The position numbers were made by a program, and so were the translations under genes. A stretch of 63,976 nucleotides of DNA, counting the filler, from Craspedostauros australis (taxonomy: Eukaryota): NCBI GenBank assembly GCA_030167865.1. It is 9 parts of 9 records of this genome, joined end to end, with 100 filler letters (N's around TTAATTAATTAA, not from the genome) between each part and the next. Parts side by side here need not be neighbours in the genome. Positions count along the whole stretch, not along the records: positions 10,627 to 19,473 come from JALAGF010001517.1; positions 19,574 to 20,828 come from JALAGF010001518.1; positions 20,929 to 35,158 come from JALAGF010001519.1; 6 more parts are not named here. One strand, given 5' to 3'. How positions within the stretch are numbered: the stretch's first letter is position 1; every line of letters begins with the position of its first letter. The notes below the pieces were generated by a model that saw only the letters and a list, made by a program, of their open reading frames with translations, was not told where the DNA came from and did no database searches. Below are positions 13,054 to 24,100 of the stretch, piece after piece.

Positions 13054-14640
13054 ATGACGAAACAGCTGCGACAAACGCGCCGTCTGCCGATGGCTTTGAT
13101 GCTGGCTCTGCTTGCCTCCACGGCGCAGAACTGCGAAAGTTTCGTTGTGCCAGCTGGAGCTTCGGCTGCATCGCGCTCCAGAACTGCCTTGGATGCTGCC
13201 TTCGTCCACAGCTCCGCCTCGCCAGACCAAGAACCAAGAGCATCCACATCGACCACGAGCCCCACCGGCGGCCGCCAAGATGAGGAGGCTTCGCGCACAG
13301 GCCGTCCGAGACGGTGGCCCGGCAAGATCTGGTCCAGGCTGTCGCTGTCGTCGAAGCAGAGACGGAGGTCCAAGCAGGCCTCCAGACTGCAGATGCGAAC
13401 GTTCAGCATCGAGGAGGGCATGGATCAGGAGACCATGGACTTCGTGGCCCGCAACTTCGAGATGATGGAACCGCAAACAGCGCTGCCGAGCATCGCCCCG
13501 GAACAAACAATGCCCACCGTGGATTCCGAATTCTTCGACGTGTCCATCCACGAAGCGCCCACAGCGCTTGACGACTTCACCGTCGCGGATCAAGACATGG
13601 CCGCGTCGTCTGCTGCCACGCAAATACTCCAAGGTCCCAAGGAAAAGCGCAAGGTCATCTCCCTCAGCGGGGGCATGGCGTCGCTTGCGGAGAACGCACT
13701 CACCAACGCAGTGCGTCGCCTCACCGCAGAAGAGCCGGTCGGTGTGGCCATCTCCGCCAAGCCAAGACGCAAGCGCATGGTGACCGGACTCCTGCGTGGA
13801 CACCTCGGCACCGACGCGGAGCTGCACTTCGGCCGCCTCGTCTTCCCCAACCTAGAGCTCACATCGGGTCGCCTGCACATCCAGCGCATGACCGTCAACC
13901 TCCTCAACACCGTCCGATCGGGTTGCGGTCCCCGCTTTCCCAACCAGTTCGACATGCACTTCGACGACATCCTCCTCACGCAGGACGATCTGTGGAACAG
14001 CTCCTGCTTCCGAAACGGACTGCGCCGACTCCTGGTCCGCCTCCTGCAGGACCGCGGCGTTCAATCATCGTCCATCCAAGTCACCTCCGTCGGCATTTTG
14101 GTAAGTCAATCACGTGGGAGTTGCGCACATCGTTGTTTCAAGTTCTCCATCGTCCTGTTTCATGCTTTGCACAGCTTGCAATACTGTATCCATTCTCTCT
14201 CACTCACAGTCTCCCGCACTCAAACTCCACACTAATATCAACCACAGCCAAATGGAAAGGTGTTCTGCCAAGGCGACGCCAAGACCATGTTCGGCTCCCC
14301 GATCCCATTCGAGGTCCGAACCGGCATCACGACAAAGTGCAGCGGCCACGTCCTTGACTTCACGGGCATGGAGATCTGCCTCAACCGCGACATCGGCTTC
14401 TTCGTCCCCGTCATCCCATCCATCGACGTCGACATTGGCCACAACGCCCGCGTGCGCGACATCCACATCGACGGCGATGCCAAAGAACTCAAGATATCCA
14501 CTAGTGTGACGATCACACCAGCAAATACAATCCAAGTCGGCGGGTACAGCCAATCCAACGAGGCCTTCGCCGCGCGCTTCTCCGTCGATGTCGGCCGGTG
14601 GTTCACCAACCTCGGCAACTGGACGGGGCCCCGAGTGTGA
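13054..14640 (+). CDS. Probable plastid-targeted protein of unknown function (possibly DUF2993/LmeA-like), 2 exons: 13054-14100 and 14248-14640, 479 aa
   Basis: Signal peptide 'MALMLALLASTAQNCES|FVVP' (ASAF-like cleavage with +1 Phe) followed by an S/T/R-rich transit-like stretch. Phase-0 intron GTAAGT(14101)..CTAAT..CACAG(14247) joins '...TSVGIL' to 'PNGKVFCQG...' in frame. The family guess is tentative. Confidence 0.8.
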
Positions 14641-14964
14641 GGTACGCGAATGCGTGCCCCCACCAAACTTATTCCCGAGCTCCGCTTTGCGGGCTTGATG
14701 ACTACAACGCGATCGCTGCCATCCACCCACGATCCATAGATGAACATAGACAATCCAAGATACCCAAGATTATAAACCATAAATCTTCCTAGACACATGA
14801 TCACACGATACCATACAACTCACTATTTTCCATGTGCTTCGCCGCATCATGCATGCTTTGCTGTAGTGTAGTGCAATAGAATAAGAGTCTTTGTTGTTCA
14901 TTTCTGTTATTTTTGCCGGCTTGTACACTTCCCTCGACTGTCGTGCAGTACGTTCTTCGCTGCC

Positions 14965-16956
14965 TTACTTACCACCAGCCAACGCCTCAAGCACGATGGC
15001 AATCGCCACGGCGCCAGGATCCGGCGTGCCTTCCAAAGTCTCGGCCGATAGGTAGTTGGAACGACCGGCGTTGGCGGCCGTCATTTGGGCCGTCCCGTCG
15101 GCACCTTCACGCGCCTTCTTGGCAGCCTGCGCCACATCGTCAGTGGCGACCAAGGCCGCGGCGGCCGGAATCAAGGCATCCAGCATCGTGCGCGATCCCA
15201 CGGAGGCACCGCCGTACAGACCAATGACGTCCGTACCGGCCTGAAAGGCGGCCGACAATTCTTTCATGCCGATCTCTTCGTTGACGGCCAACGTGGAACT
15301 CATCTTGCGGAACATGAGCTCCAGCAGCACGCCGGACGTGCCGCCCATCGATGCCGAGATAGCGTCGGCCATCTCGGCCAGGAGGGGGACAGGATGCTGC
15401 GTGTTGAGGGTGGAGTCGAGGCGTTTGAGGATCTCGGTGGCACCGCGTTGCATCGTGATGCCGCAGTCGCCGTCGCCGACGATGGTGTCGAATTTGGTGA
15501 GCTGCGGTTCGGCGTCGCGCAAGGCTTCCGCGGCTTTGCGGATCACGTCGGAGGGCGCAAAGTCCGTCAAGGTGAGGGGTGGCAAGGCGTCGGCGGTCGT
15601 TGCGGTGGTATCGGCCGAAACGACTTCGGGGCGCTGCGTGGCGGAGGGACGCGCATCGGTGTTGACGACGTCGCAGGCCAACCAGGCCGGTGCGTCGGTG
15701 GCGGCGTCCAGGAGATCGACGAGGCGCTTGGAATCGCCCTTGCCCTTGGAGAGGTTGAGGATGGTGAGGCTGGCACCGTGCATGTTGAAGCTGGTCATGT
15801 AGCTGCCGACGAGGAGACGCGAGACCTTGCACTGATACTTGGATTCGAGGATCTTGACGGCCGAATTGGCAAGGATGGACATTTCGAAGTTGGAGGTACC
15901 ACCGAGGTTGTTGACGAGGAGGCAGAGATCGTCGCCGGCATCGACCATTGGGACGATGGCCTCGGCGTCGTCGCCGGATGGATCGACGCGTCCGTAGTCC
16001 TGGATGGTCTGCAGCATCTGCTGCGCCATCTCATCGGCAGTCATGATGGGAAGCTGCTTCATGCCGGCCTCGCCATGAATGCCGAGACCCAGCTCGATGA
16101 GATCGCCACCCGACAGACGATCGTTGACGGCGGCGGCACCAGGCACCGTGACGGAATCCAACGCCACTCCCAACGTGCCCATACGCGACGTGACTTTGTT
16201 GACAAGGCTCACGATCTCGTCCAACGACTTGCCCTGCGACGCTGCGGCACCCGCAATCTTGTGCACGAGCACGGTGCCGGCCACGCCGCGGGCCCCTGTG
16301 ATGCCCTTCGTGCGCGACACGGCGCAGTCATCGGCAATGACGACCATGCGACACGGGATGCCTTCCTGGTTGGCACGTTCGCAGGCCATGCCGAAGTTGA
16401 GACGATCGCCCGTGTAGTTCTTGACGATGAGCAGGACGCCCTTGTCGTTGCGGCAGGCACGCACGGCCGCGAGGATGGCCGCGACGCTGGGCGATGCGAA
16501 GATGCCGCCGCAGATGGCTCCCGTGAGCATGCCGTTGCCGATCCATCCCGCGTGGCTGGGTTCGTGGCCGCTACCGCCGCCCGAGAGGAGCTGCACGCAG
16601 TCCTTGTGCGTGACGGCGTCATCACGTGCCAGAACGACGTGGTGGTTCTGCAGCTTCTCGAGGCGGTTGGGGTACTGCAGGAGCAGGCCAGCGATGAACT
16701 CATCGACGGAGTCCTTCGCATCGTTGATGATCTTCTTGGGTGGCGTCATGGCGCTCTTCAGTTCTGTTTTGTGGAGTCTCGTTGATGCTGTTGATGCCGT
16801 TGATGCTGGTGATGCGAAACGCTGGTTTATGGAGGGTTGGAAGGCGGAAGCGTGGGTTGTGAGGAGGAGCAGAACGCAAATGGATTTGATTGTGGATGCT
16901 GATGCTGAAGATGTTGGTGCTGATGTTGGTGCTGATGAGAATGATGGGTGGAACAT
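14965..16956 (-). CDS. DAK: ATP-dependent dihydroxyacetone kinase / triokinase (Dak1+Dak2 fusion) with bipartite plastid presequence
   Basis: Motifs GGGSGHEP, KNYTGD, GLGIHGE, NNLGG, GDGDCG, GGTSG, RTMLDAL, AGRSNY, PDPGA. First ATG at 16956. N-terminus 'ICVLLLLTTHASA|FQP'. Confidence 0.95.
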   Translation of the reverse strand: MFHPSFSSAPTSAPTSSASASTIKSICVLLLLTTHASAFQPSINQRFASPASTASTASTRLHKTELKSAMTPPKKIINDAKDSVDEFIAGLLLQYPNRLEKLQNHHVVLARDDAVTHKDCVQLLSGGGSGHEPSHAGWIGNGMLTGAICGGIFASPSVAAILAAVRACRNDKGVLLIVKNYTGDRLNFGMACERANQEGIPCRMVVIADDCAVSRTKGITGARGVAGTVLVHKIAGAAASQGKSLDEIVSLVNKVTSRMGTLGVALDSVTVPGAAAVNDRLSGGDLIELGLGIHGEAGMKQLPIMTADEMAQQMLQTIQDYGRVDPSGDDAEAIVPMVDAGDDLCLLVNNLGGTSNFEMSILANSAVKILESKYQCKVSRLLVGSYMTSFNMHGASLTILNLSKGKGDSKRLVDLLDAATDAPAWLACDVVNTDARPSATQRPEVVSADTTATTADALPPLTLTDFAPSDVIRKAAEALRDAEPQLTKFDTIVGDGDCGITMQRGATEILKRLDSTLNTQHPVPLLAEMADAISASMGGTSGVLLELMFRKMSSTLAVNEEIGMKELSAAFQAGTDVIGLYGGASVGSRTMLDALIPAAAALVATDDVAQAAKKAREGADGTAQMTAANAGRSNYLSAETLEGTPDPGAVAIAIVLEALAGGK

Positions 16957-17667
16957 CACGATTGACTTCTTCTTTTTCGTTTTCTTCTTCTTCGCCTTCT
17001 TCCTTTGCTCCTTCGGCACTACACTACACTACACACCACGTCCTTCTTCTCTTGTGATGGCTGAAGTGATGGGTTGATTGCCTTGATGTCCTCTCTCTCT
17101 CTTCTCCCCTTGATGGATGAGGCGATGCGTCGATGCGTTGATTCCTCTCTTTGTGATTTCCCACACACAACTGCCCAACTCATGAGGATTCGCCTCTTGT
17201 GACAAACGTGTGATCTCGTGTGACGTCGTTGTTGGGGCGGTCGTGATGTTTCAGTTCGCAAGGAAGATTTGCGTCATGTTGATGTCTGTCAATAAACTTA
17301 TCTAGTCCTTTGTTTGCTTCGACCTCACAGTGTTGATATCTATGACCCAGTTGAGTGACAGGACCTGCAGTCGGTCCTGTAAGGGTGGCAACTTACGGAA
17401 ATTTTGACCAAAACATTTATGTATTAATAAACTAGATAAATTATAAGATGCCTTGTGGACTTCGATTTTTCTCTAAGGCCCTATTTTAATTTCTATGGAC
17501 CCCTCAATTTTGCTCTCATCTAGACACGGCTAGCGCACTACGGCCAGATTCAGTGTCTTGGTGCCTTCGCTGGTATCGCCAAAACCAGAATTTTCACTGT
17601 CAATTTCAGGCTATATCTATTTCTAGTTCATGCATCGCGGCTCTTACTCTTTGCTGCGATTGTGCCC

Positions 17668-18171
17668 TCACATTTGTTCCACTATCTCAGGAGATTCCGT
17701 ATGTTCCTCCATTGTTTGTGTCTCACATGCGATTCGCTCCGATGTTGTGTTTTCTTCTTGTTGCAGCGCGATTTCCTCCTCTTCTGCTGTTGTCTGTTGT
17801 GGAGGCACAATCTCCGCGTCAATGCTGTTCGCGTGCGTCGGTGGTTGGGTAATTGTTGTATTTGTTGTGTGTTTGTTGGAGTGTGCGATTTGGTTCATCG
17901 TTAGGATTTCAATGTCACAGCTGTCGTCGAAAGTTGCGCCTTTGAGCACAGGAGGCACGAACTTGTCTATTGCAGATGTCAGAATGTGCTGCTTGCCATC
18001 CATATCCAATGGAGGCAACAACTTCTCAGAAGCAAATGGCGCAAAGAGCTCCTTGCAATCGATCGGATCGGATGGAAAGGGGTGCACGGATCGAGAGGAT
18101 GGCAAATGTTGCTTCTTGGAGGGGGAAGGATTGGTGTCCTTGGACGCAGCTTTTGTGGGAGAGACGGGCAT
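17668..18171 (-). other. Unassigned ORF in an AT-rich, TE-like segment (possible transposon protein remnant)
   Basis: 167-aa ATG ORF 'MPVSPTK...ELFAPF...VPPVLKGATFDDS', flanked by AT-rich blocks (about 17383-17520 and 18380-18600). No recognisable domain. Confidence 0.3.
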
Positions 18172-19573
18172 GATGCTGATTGATACTGATGGGTAGATGG
18201 AGAAGACTACTAGTGATGGAAGTGAACTGAGCAGGAGGAGGGAAGAAGGTGATGATACAAACACCTCATGAACATACAACAAGCACAGCACACCATCACA
18301 GAGAAGCAAAGGTTAATTCTGTGCCGAAATGTGAGGACATTCGCCGCGTGTGACCAGAGTCACAAATTTGAATGTGTGCTGTAACGTGAAATAACGGTAA
18401 TTGCTACTATAATATGACCCACGTCAGCCAATGACCGTACGACCACGGCAGGATTCTGAAAAAATGGGCTCCTATGGAGACTAAAATTTAACCATATATA
18501 CGTTAACACATTGGCAATAAGTAGCAGGTGCTAGACAGTGAGTCCAGTCTTTGGTTATAAAGTTATGATGGCGTCAGCCTAGAGTTTTAGAGGCAAAACG
18601 TGATGCAAGCGGCCAGAATTCGCTTTTTCGGAGCTCCTGTCACGACACGTGGCACCCATTTCTATCTGATTTTCGCTTTCTTTGTGTTTTGCTTGGTGGG
18701 AAGCTCGATTTGGAACAAAATGACGTGACCATTTCGACGTTACGGGCGTTAGTTCGAGTCGAAACTGTGATGACGTGTTTCTTCTTGTCGTTAAGTGCGA
18801 TGTGATGTCGCATGTTCCATGTTGAGTGACACTGTCAAGTCCACGAGTGGTTGGACAGACTTTTCATTTGATATCTTCGTCCCACCTGGTTCAGATCGAT
18901 GCTGATTCTCACGGTTTTCTGGGTCGCAGAAGCGTGTGCTCGCCAATCCGTTTCGAATGTGCATTTGGGACGCTCGTCGTGCGATAAAAATGAAATCAAC
19001 TGTATTTGCGTTTTGCAACACGTGTCGCCACACAACACGGCAGAGAGTCCGTCGTTGCTCATGTGATCCTTTTGTGCTGGTTCGATTCTCGCTTTGTTTT
19101 CCGTTCTGCACTGCGCGTTTTTGTTGAGTGACCTTGTGTCATGCTCCTCTACATCCATTACAATATCATGTGCACTGCATACTCTACGCACATCCTACTA
19201 TTCTACTCTGCATGATGTTGCTTTTCTGCATAATCGATCTGGGTTGTTTGCCAACTGCTATCTTTGCTATTCTAACATGACGTGCACAATCACCTCCATC
19301 ACTGAATGGGAAAGAGTAGTCTTTCGCATCTTTGTTTTCGTGTTGTTTGTGTGTCGGAATGTGCATAGGTGTATGTGCATTACTCACCTATTGTTCTCTT
19401 GTACTCTCTGTGCAAACGGCGCTAACATTCGTGTCATCAATGAAGCGTGATTGAGTGAATCACATCACGAATTNNNNNNNNNNNNNNNNNNNNNNNNNNN
19501 NNNNNNNNNNNNNNNNNTTAATTAATTAANNNNNNNNNNNNNNNNNNNNNNNNNNNNNNNNNNNNNNNNNNNN

Positions 19574-20649
19574 TAGTGGATTGAAAAGCCACGACGCTGA
19601 TCAGCTTGATTCGCAGTTTTGGTTGGTTCGTCCACACTGATGGGGATAAGATGCAGGACCCCCAAGACGAGGGCCTTGAATTCCTGGCCCAACGGGTTGA
19701 CGGTCATCTTCTTCATATTTTTTGTCAATTCGCTGACTTCGCCCAAATCGATCTTCCTTGGTCCCAATTCGTGTTCGTTGGTGTTCGCTGGTGGGCTGGT
19801 GGTGGTGGTGGTGGTTGTGTCGCGATGGTCCTCCTCGAAACGCGCGCGCTTGTTGGATGGATTGGTTTGCGGTGGCGCTGTCACCAAAGGGGTGTCAACG
19901 AGCGTCTCAGAAAAACGAACAACANGAGAATGAANGGATCTGGCTGCTGCGATCTNTGTGCTGGCTTGAGGATCTGGTTCAAAGGATGCCTCAGAGATGG
20001 GACTTCCAAGAGTTGTGAGATGCCCTGGAGTGAGGTCTGCGTTGTTGTTAGTGTTATTGTTGCTGTTGTTGTTGGTAGTAGTGGCGCTGGTGGTGCCACT
20101 ATCGAGATCGATGCTCTCCAAGCTGATATCACTTTCGTGATCGTTGTCAATGAAGCTCTCGTCGTCGTCGTCGCTCTCTCCAAATGCGTCGCCTGGTTGA
20201 ATGGCCAAGCCACTGCGCTCTGTTGCTGTGATGTCCNTGTTCCTGTCTGGTGTAGCAGGGAGGCCAGCTCGGCGTTTGAAGTCAGTTGGCAGGCCTGAAC
20301 GAGAATGGAAGCAGTAGCAGCAGCAGCAGCAGCAGCATGTGAGTTTGATCAGGCATGCTCGTGACACAGCAATCCAACTCATGTACTTACGCTGATTCTT
20401 CCCTTCCCTGTGAAGCTTGAGACGATTGATGCAGCTTCTGAAGTTGCCACGCAGATTGTTGCGGTTGTAGTTCTTGCCTGGTGGTGCCTGGATCCAGTCA
20501 GGATGGTTGGTGATGAACTGTTTGAAGTTGGGGGCGATTTCGNNNNNNNNNNNNNNNNNNNNNNNNNNNNNNNNNNNNNNNNNNNNNNNNNNNNNNNNNN
20601 NNNNNNNNNNNNNNNNNNNNNNNNNNNNNGCTGGTGTTGTGGGAGCCAT
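19574..20649 (-). CDS. Partial unknown protein with one intron (20295-20390); probably a DNA-transposon accessory ORF
   Basis: Open frame across the whole contig. The 96-nt intron GTAAGT..TTCAG joins 'REGKNQ-R-LPTDFKRR' in frame. Basic N-terminal domain followed by an acidic/Thr-rich tract. TE origin is inference. Confidence 0.45.
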
Positions 20650-20929
20650 GATCTCGAAATGTGAGGCTTGCAACTTGCCTACACCTTTGCTCTGCTCACA
20701 CGCAGTGGCAACACAAGACAATCCTCAGATGGCAGTGCTGTCCAAATCAGCCGCGCTCCACATCAGCTGCTGTCATTGCTGCTCATTTGTTTCAAACCGC
20801 AGTCCTGTCAACTAATTCAAAACAGCGANNNNNNNNNNNNNNNNNNNNNNNNNNNNNNNNNNNNNNNNNNNNTTAATTAATTAANNNNNNNNNNNNNNNN
20901 NNNNNNNNNNNNNNNNNNNNNNNNNNNNC

Positions 20930-21115
20930 CCCAAGGAGGCTGAGACCATCAGGAACAACTTCCGCACTCACTTCAGCCGCGACAAGCGCAAGGCCACCGC
21001 GCGTGCTCTCCAACGGTTTGGCGACCGTGGTGACGAGCCATGGGTCGATTTGCTCCTTTCGCCTGACGTGGAGGAGTCGTTGGACCAGGATTTTTGGTCT
21101 GCCGGTCAGAGCTAG
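20930..21115 (+). CDS. gag: C-terminal end of copia gag (partial)
   Basis: Frame open from the contig edge 'PKEAETIRNNFRTHFSRDKRK...SLDQDFWSAGQS*', ending at TAG 21113-21115 and overlapping the start of the pol frame. Confidence 0.6.
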   Translation, partial: PKEAETIRNNFRTHFSRDKRKATARALQRFGDRGDEPWVDLLLSPDVEESLDQDFWSAGQS

Positions 21116-24100
21116 GAGCAACCTCTGATGAGCGGCATGATCCTATCACGCGTGGTAGCGGGGTGCTTGCAGGTCGTCGTCACGACGAGGCATCCTCGCT
21201 TGCTCTACCTGCATTGCCCGACACAATACCCTGCAAGATGGTATGTGTTGGGCTTCCGCTGGTGTGTCTGGTACATGCAGCTGCTGTCATTGATGGCAAC
21301 GTGCGCGCGTGGGACCCCGGCGATGGAATCGGACAGTGCAATCCCGGTGCCAACGTCAGCGCCACTCCCGACCGCTCCATCCTACAGGCATACAGGTCAT
21401 ACAATAATCCGGTGCCCCTGGCGGCCGCCAACGCGAGCGCTGCGTGCATGATGTGCCCTGGCGTTGGCGTCTTGGCAATCCCCAGTTCCGATGGCAGTCA
21501 CATTCGGGCCGTCACGCTGTATTGTCCAGAGCTCACTGCGACGTTGATTTCTCCGCAAGCCAGTGTGCGGCAAGGGGACAATCCATTTCATCAATACGTC
21601 CTGGACGATAGCCCCAGCGGTGCGATCCTCACCTTTCAAGGCCTGACAGGTTCCGTGAGCGCACCCATGCGGCGACACAACGGCCTCTACTACTTCGCAG
21701 CAGGGCGTGGTGTGCAGCCGGCGGCGTTTGCTGTGCAGAGTGCTTCATCGGCACTGCAGGCGGAGCTTTGGCACATGAGACTTGGGCATGCTGGCATGCA
21801 TCAACTACAGCAGCTGCCGGCGCACTGCTCAGGTGTTCCCAGTGGTCTTGCCAAGGGTGCGCATCCGTTGCGACACTGTTCTGTGTGCGACCAAGCCTGA
21901 CGGATCAAGCCCGCTCGAGGGCATACGGATTCCGATCCGGTACCCGTTGCTGGTGCTCGTTTCCATGCTGACTACGGGTTCATGCGGTCATCGGACCAGC
22001 GCTACGGCAGGGACTCGTCCCGCAATTCCACCAAGACACGTCGGGTGGTGCAGTCCATTGAAGGGTTCACTTCGTACCTCCTTGTCACTGATGTCTACAC
22101 CAGGTACACCTGGGTGTTTCCTACCAAGACCAGGTCTCCGCCTGTAACCATCTTTGCCAACCTCCTTCGGGAATTTGGGTGCAACGACGGTTGCAAGGCG
22201 GTGAGAGTGGACTCTGGTGGCAAACTCGCGCGGTCTGGTGCTTTCCAAGCCGTGGTTCAGTTGGCCGGATACACTCTTGAGCCCACCGGGGCTGGGTGTT
22301 CATGGATGAACGGCAAGGTCGAACGGCTCAATCGAACGTTCGGTGTCATGACACGGTCGCTTCTATATGCTTCGGGGTTACATCCCAAGTTCTGGGCACG
22401 TGCCCTTGCTCATGCGGTGTACATCAAGAATCGGTTGTGGCATTCAAGCATCGACACTACTCCCTACCAGCTCCAACACGGTGTCCAACCCAATCTTCGA
22501 CACCTGCGGGTATTCGGTTCCAGAGTGATTGTGCGAAAACCAGGGTATCCAGCCGCAAAACTGGACGTCCACACATACAATGGCATCTTTGTCGGCCATA
22601 CTGCGACTCCCTCGATCCATGATTACTACGACTTGGATTCAGGACGTATTAAGTTGGCAGGCAATCTCATCTTTGATGAGGCGCACTTCTCCGCTCACGA
22701 ACGTCCGCCGGGACCTCAGCTTCTTTTTGATCTCGGGTTCCAGCTGGATCATGGCGGCGCCGATGACCAGCGATCAGAGTCTGCGAAAACCAAGCCCAGT
22801 GACATGAGTCTTCTGGTGGAGTGCGCCCGTCCGGTCACATATGATGACGATGCTCTACATGCGGCGGCGGCAGCATGCTCTACCGATGGAGTCGAGAGTG
22901 CCGACGTCGTTCACATGACGGGCGATCCGTACGAGCGAGCGTTTCATCAACGCATTGTTCTTGCCGGCGACGACGTCACTGCAGGTCTGAAGTTTCAACA
23001 TGATGAGATACGCGGCAGGTTGCATCTCAAGGCATGCAAGCCCGGCTCGGTTTTGGCGCGCATCCCGAGGTGGCGGTCCCGACTCAAAGGGTCATATCTA
23101 CTCGCCATTGACGCACATGAGATTCACTCTGTGCAGGATGTCGTGCAGGCCGTGTGTGATGCCCGCCAGCAGGGTCAGGACACGTGCAATGCTGTGTTCG
23201 CTTTTGATGACATTCGCAATTCTCTCACGCAGCATGGCGTTCCGCAGCTATATTTTGATCAACTTCGGCATGTGGGGTCCATTCTCAGCGACATGTCACC
23301 AACGGCACATCCTCTGGTCGCACCGCCCAAGCTCACTCGGTGACGTCTTCTTCAACGCGACGATTGGGATGAGTGGCAGCAGGTGGAGTACAAGCAGCTG
23401 GATCAATACCAACATCAAGGCATGTTTGGCGCTCCTGTCGAGCCACCGCCGGATGCGGCAGTCTTCAACTGGGTGTGGGTCTATGTCATCAAGACGCATG
23501 AGAACAATCGCAAGAAGGCTCGCGCTGTATGTGATGGATCAACCCGTGGCAGCAGTGTGCGCGTTTTCGGTCACACCTACGCGGCGACTCCGGATCTCAC
23601 CGAGTTTTGCATCCTGGTGGCCATTGCTGCAGTACAAGGACTGCTGGTGTATGGGGCCAACGTTGCCAATGCGTTTGCAGAGGCGCCTGCCAGTGCGCAG
23701 CGGTACTACATGTGGGCGGATGATCAGTTTCGCAACTGGTGGCAACACAAGCATGGCAAGGTTCTGGACCGACGCATGGTGGTACCCGTTCTCAAGAATC
23801 TCCAGGGCCATCCTGAGGCGCCCAGACAGTGGAGTCTGCACGTCAACCGTCTTCTCAAGGACATGGGCTTCTCTGCCACTACGCAAGCGCCGTGTTTGTA
23901 CACCGGTGAGCTGTGCCAGAACAAAGTCTACGTGCTTCGGCAAGTGGATGACTTTGCAGTGGCAGCCCGCGATGAGGCTTCCTACACCAGATTCTGTGAC
24001 ATGCTTGATGCTCGTCTGAATCAGCCCATCACTCGACACAGTCTCTTCGCGCACTACAATGGACTGGATCTCATCCAAGCGCGGCGACACGTGACTGTAC

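Noticed and set aside
15085..16785. 566-aa ORF antisense to DAK (and similar ones over the TPR, cyclase, pol and AKR genes)
   Set aside because: Shadow ORFs caused by GC3-rich codon bias on the coding strand. No motifs.
17383..18420. Possible TIR pair around the 17668-18171 ORF
   Set aside because: Only a weak, gapped match of about 13 bp and no TSD.
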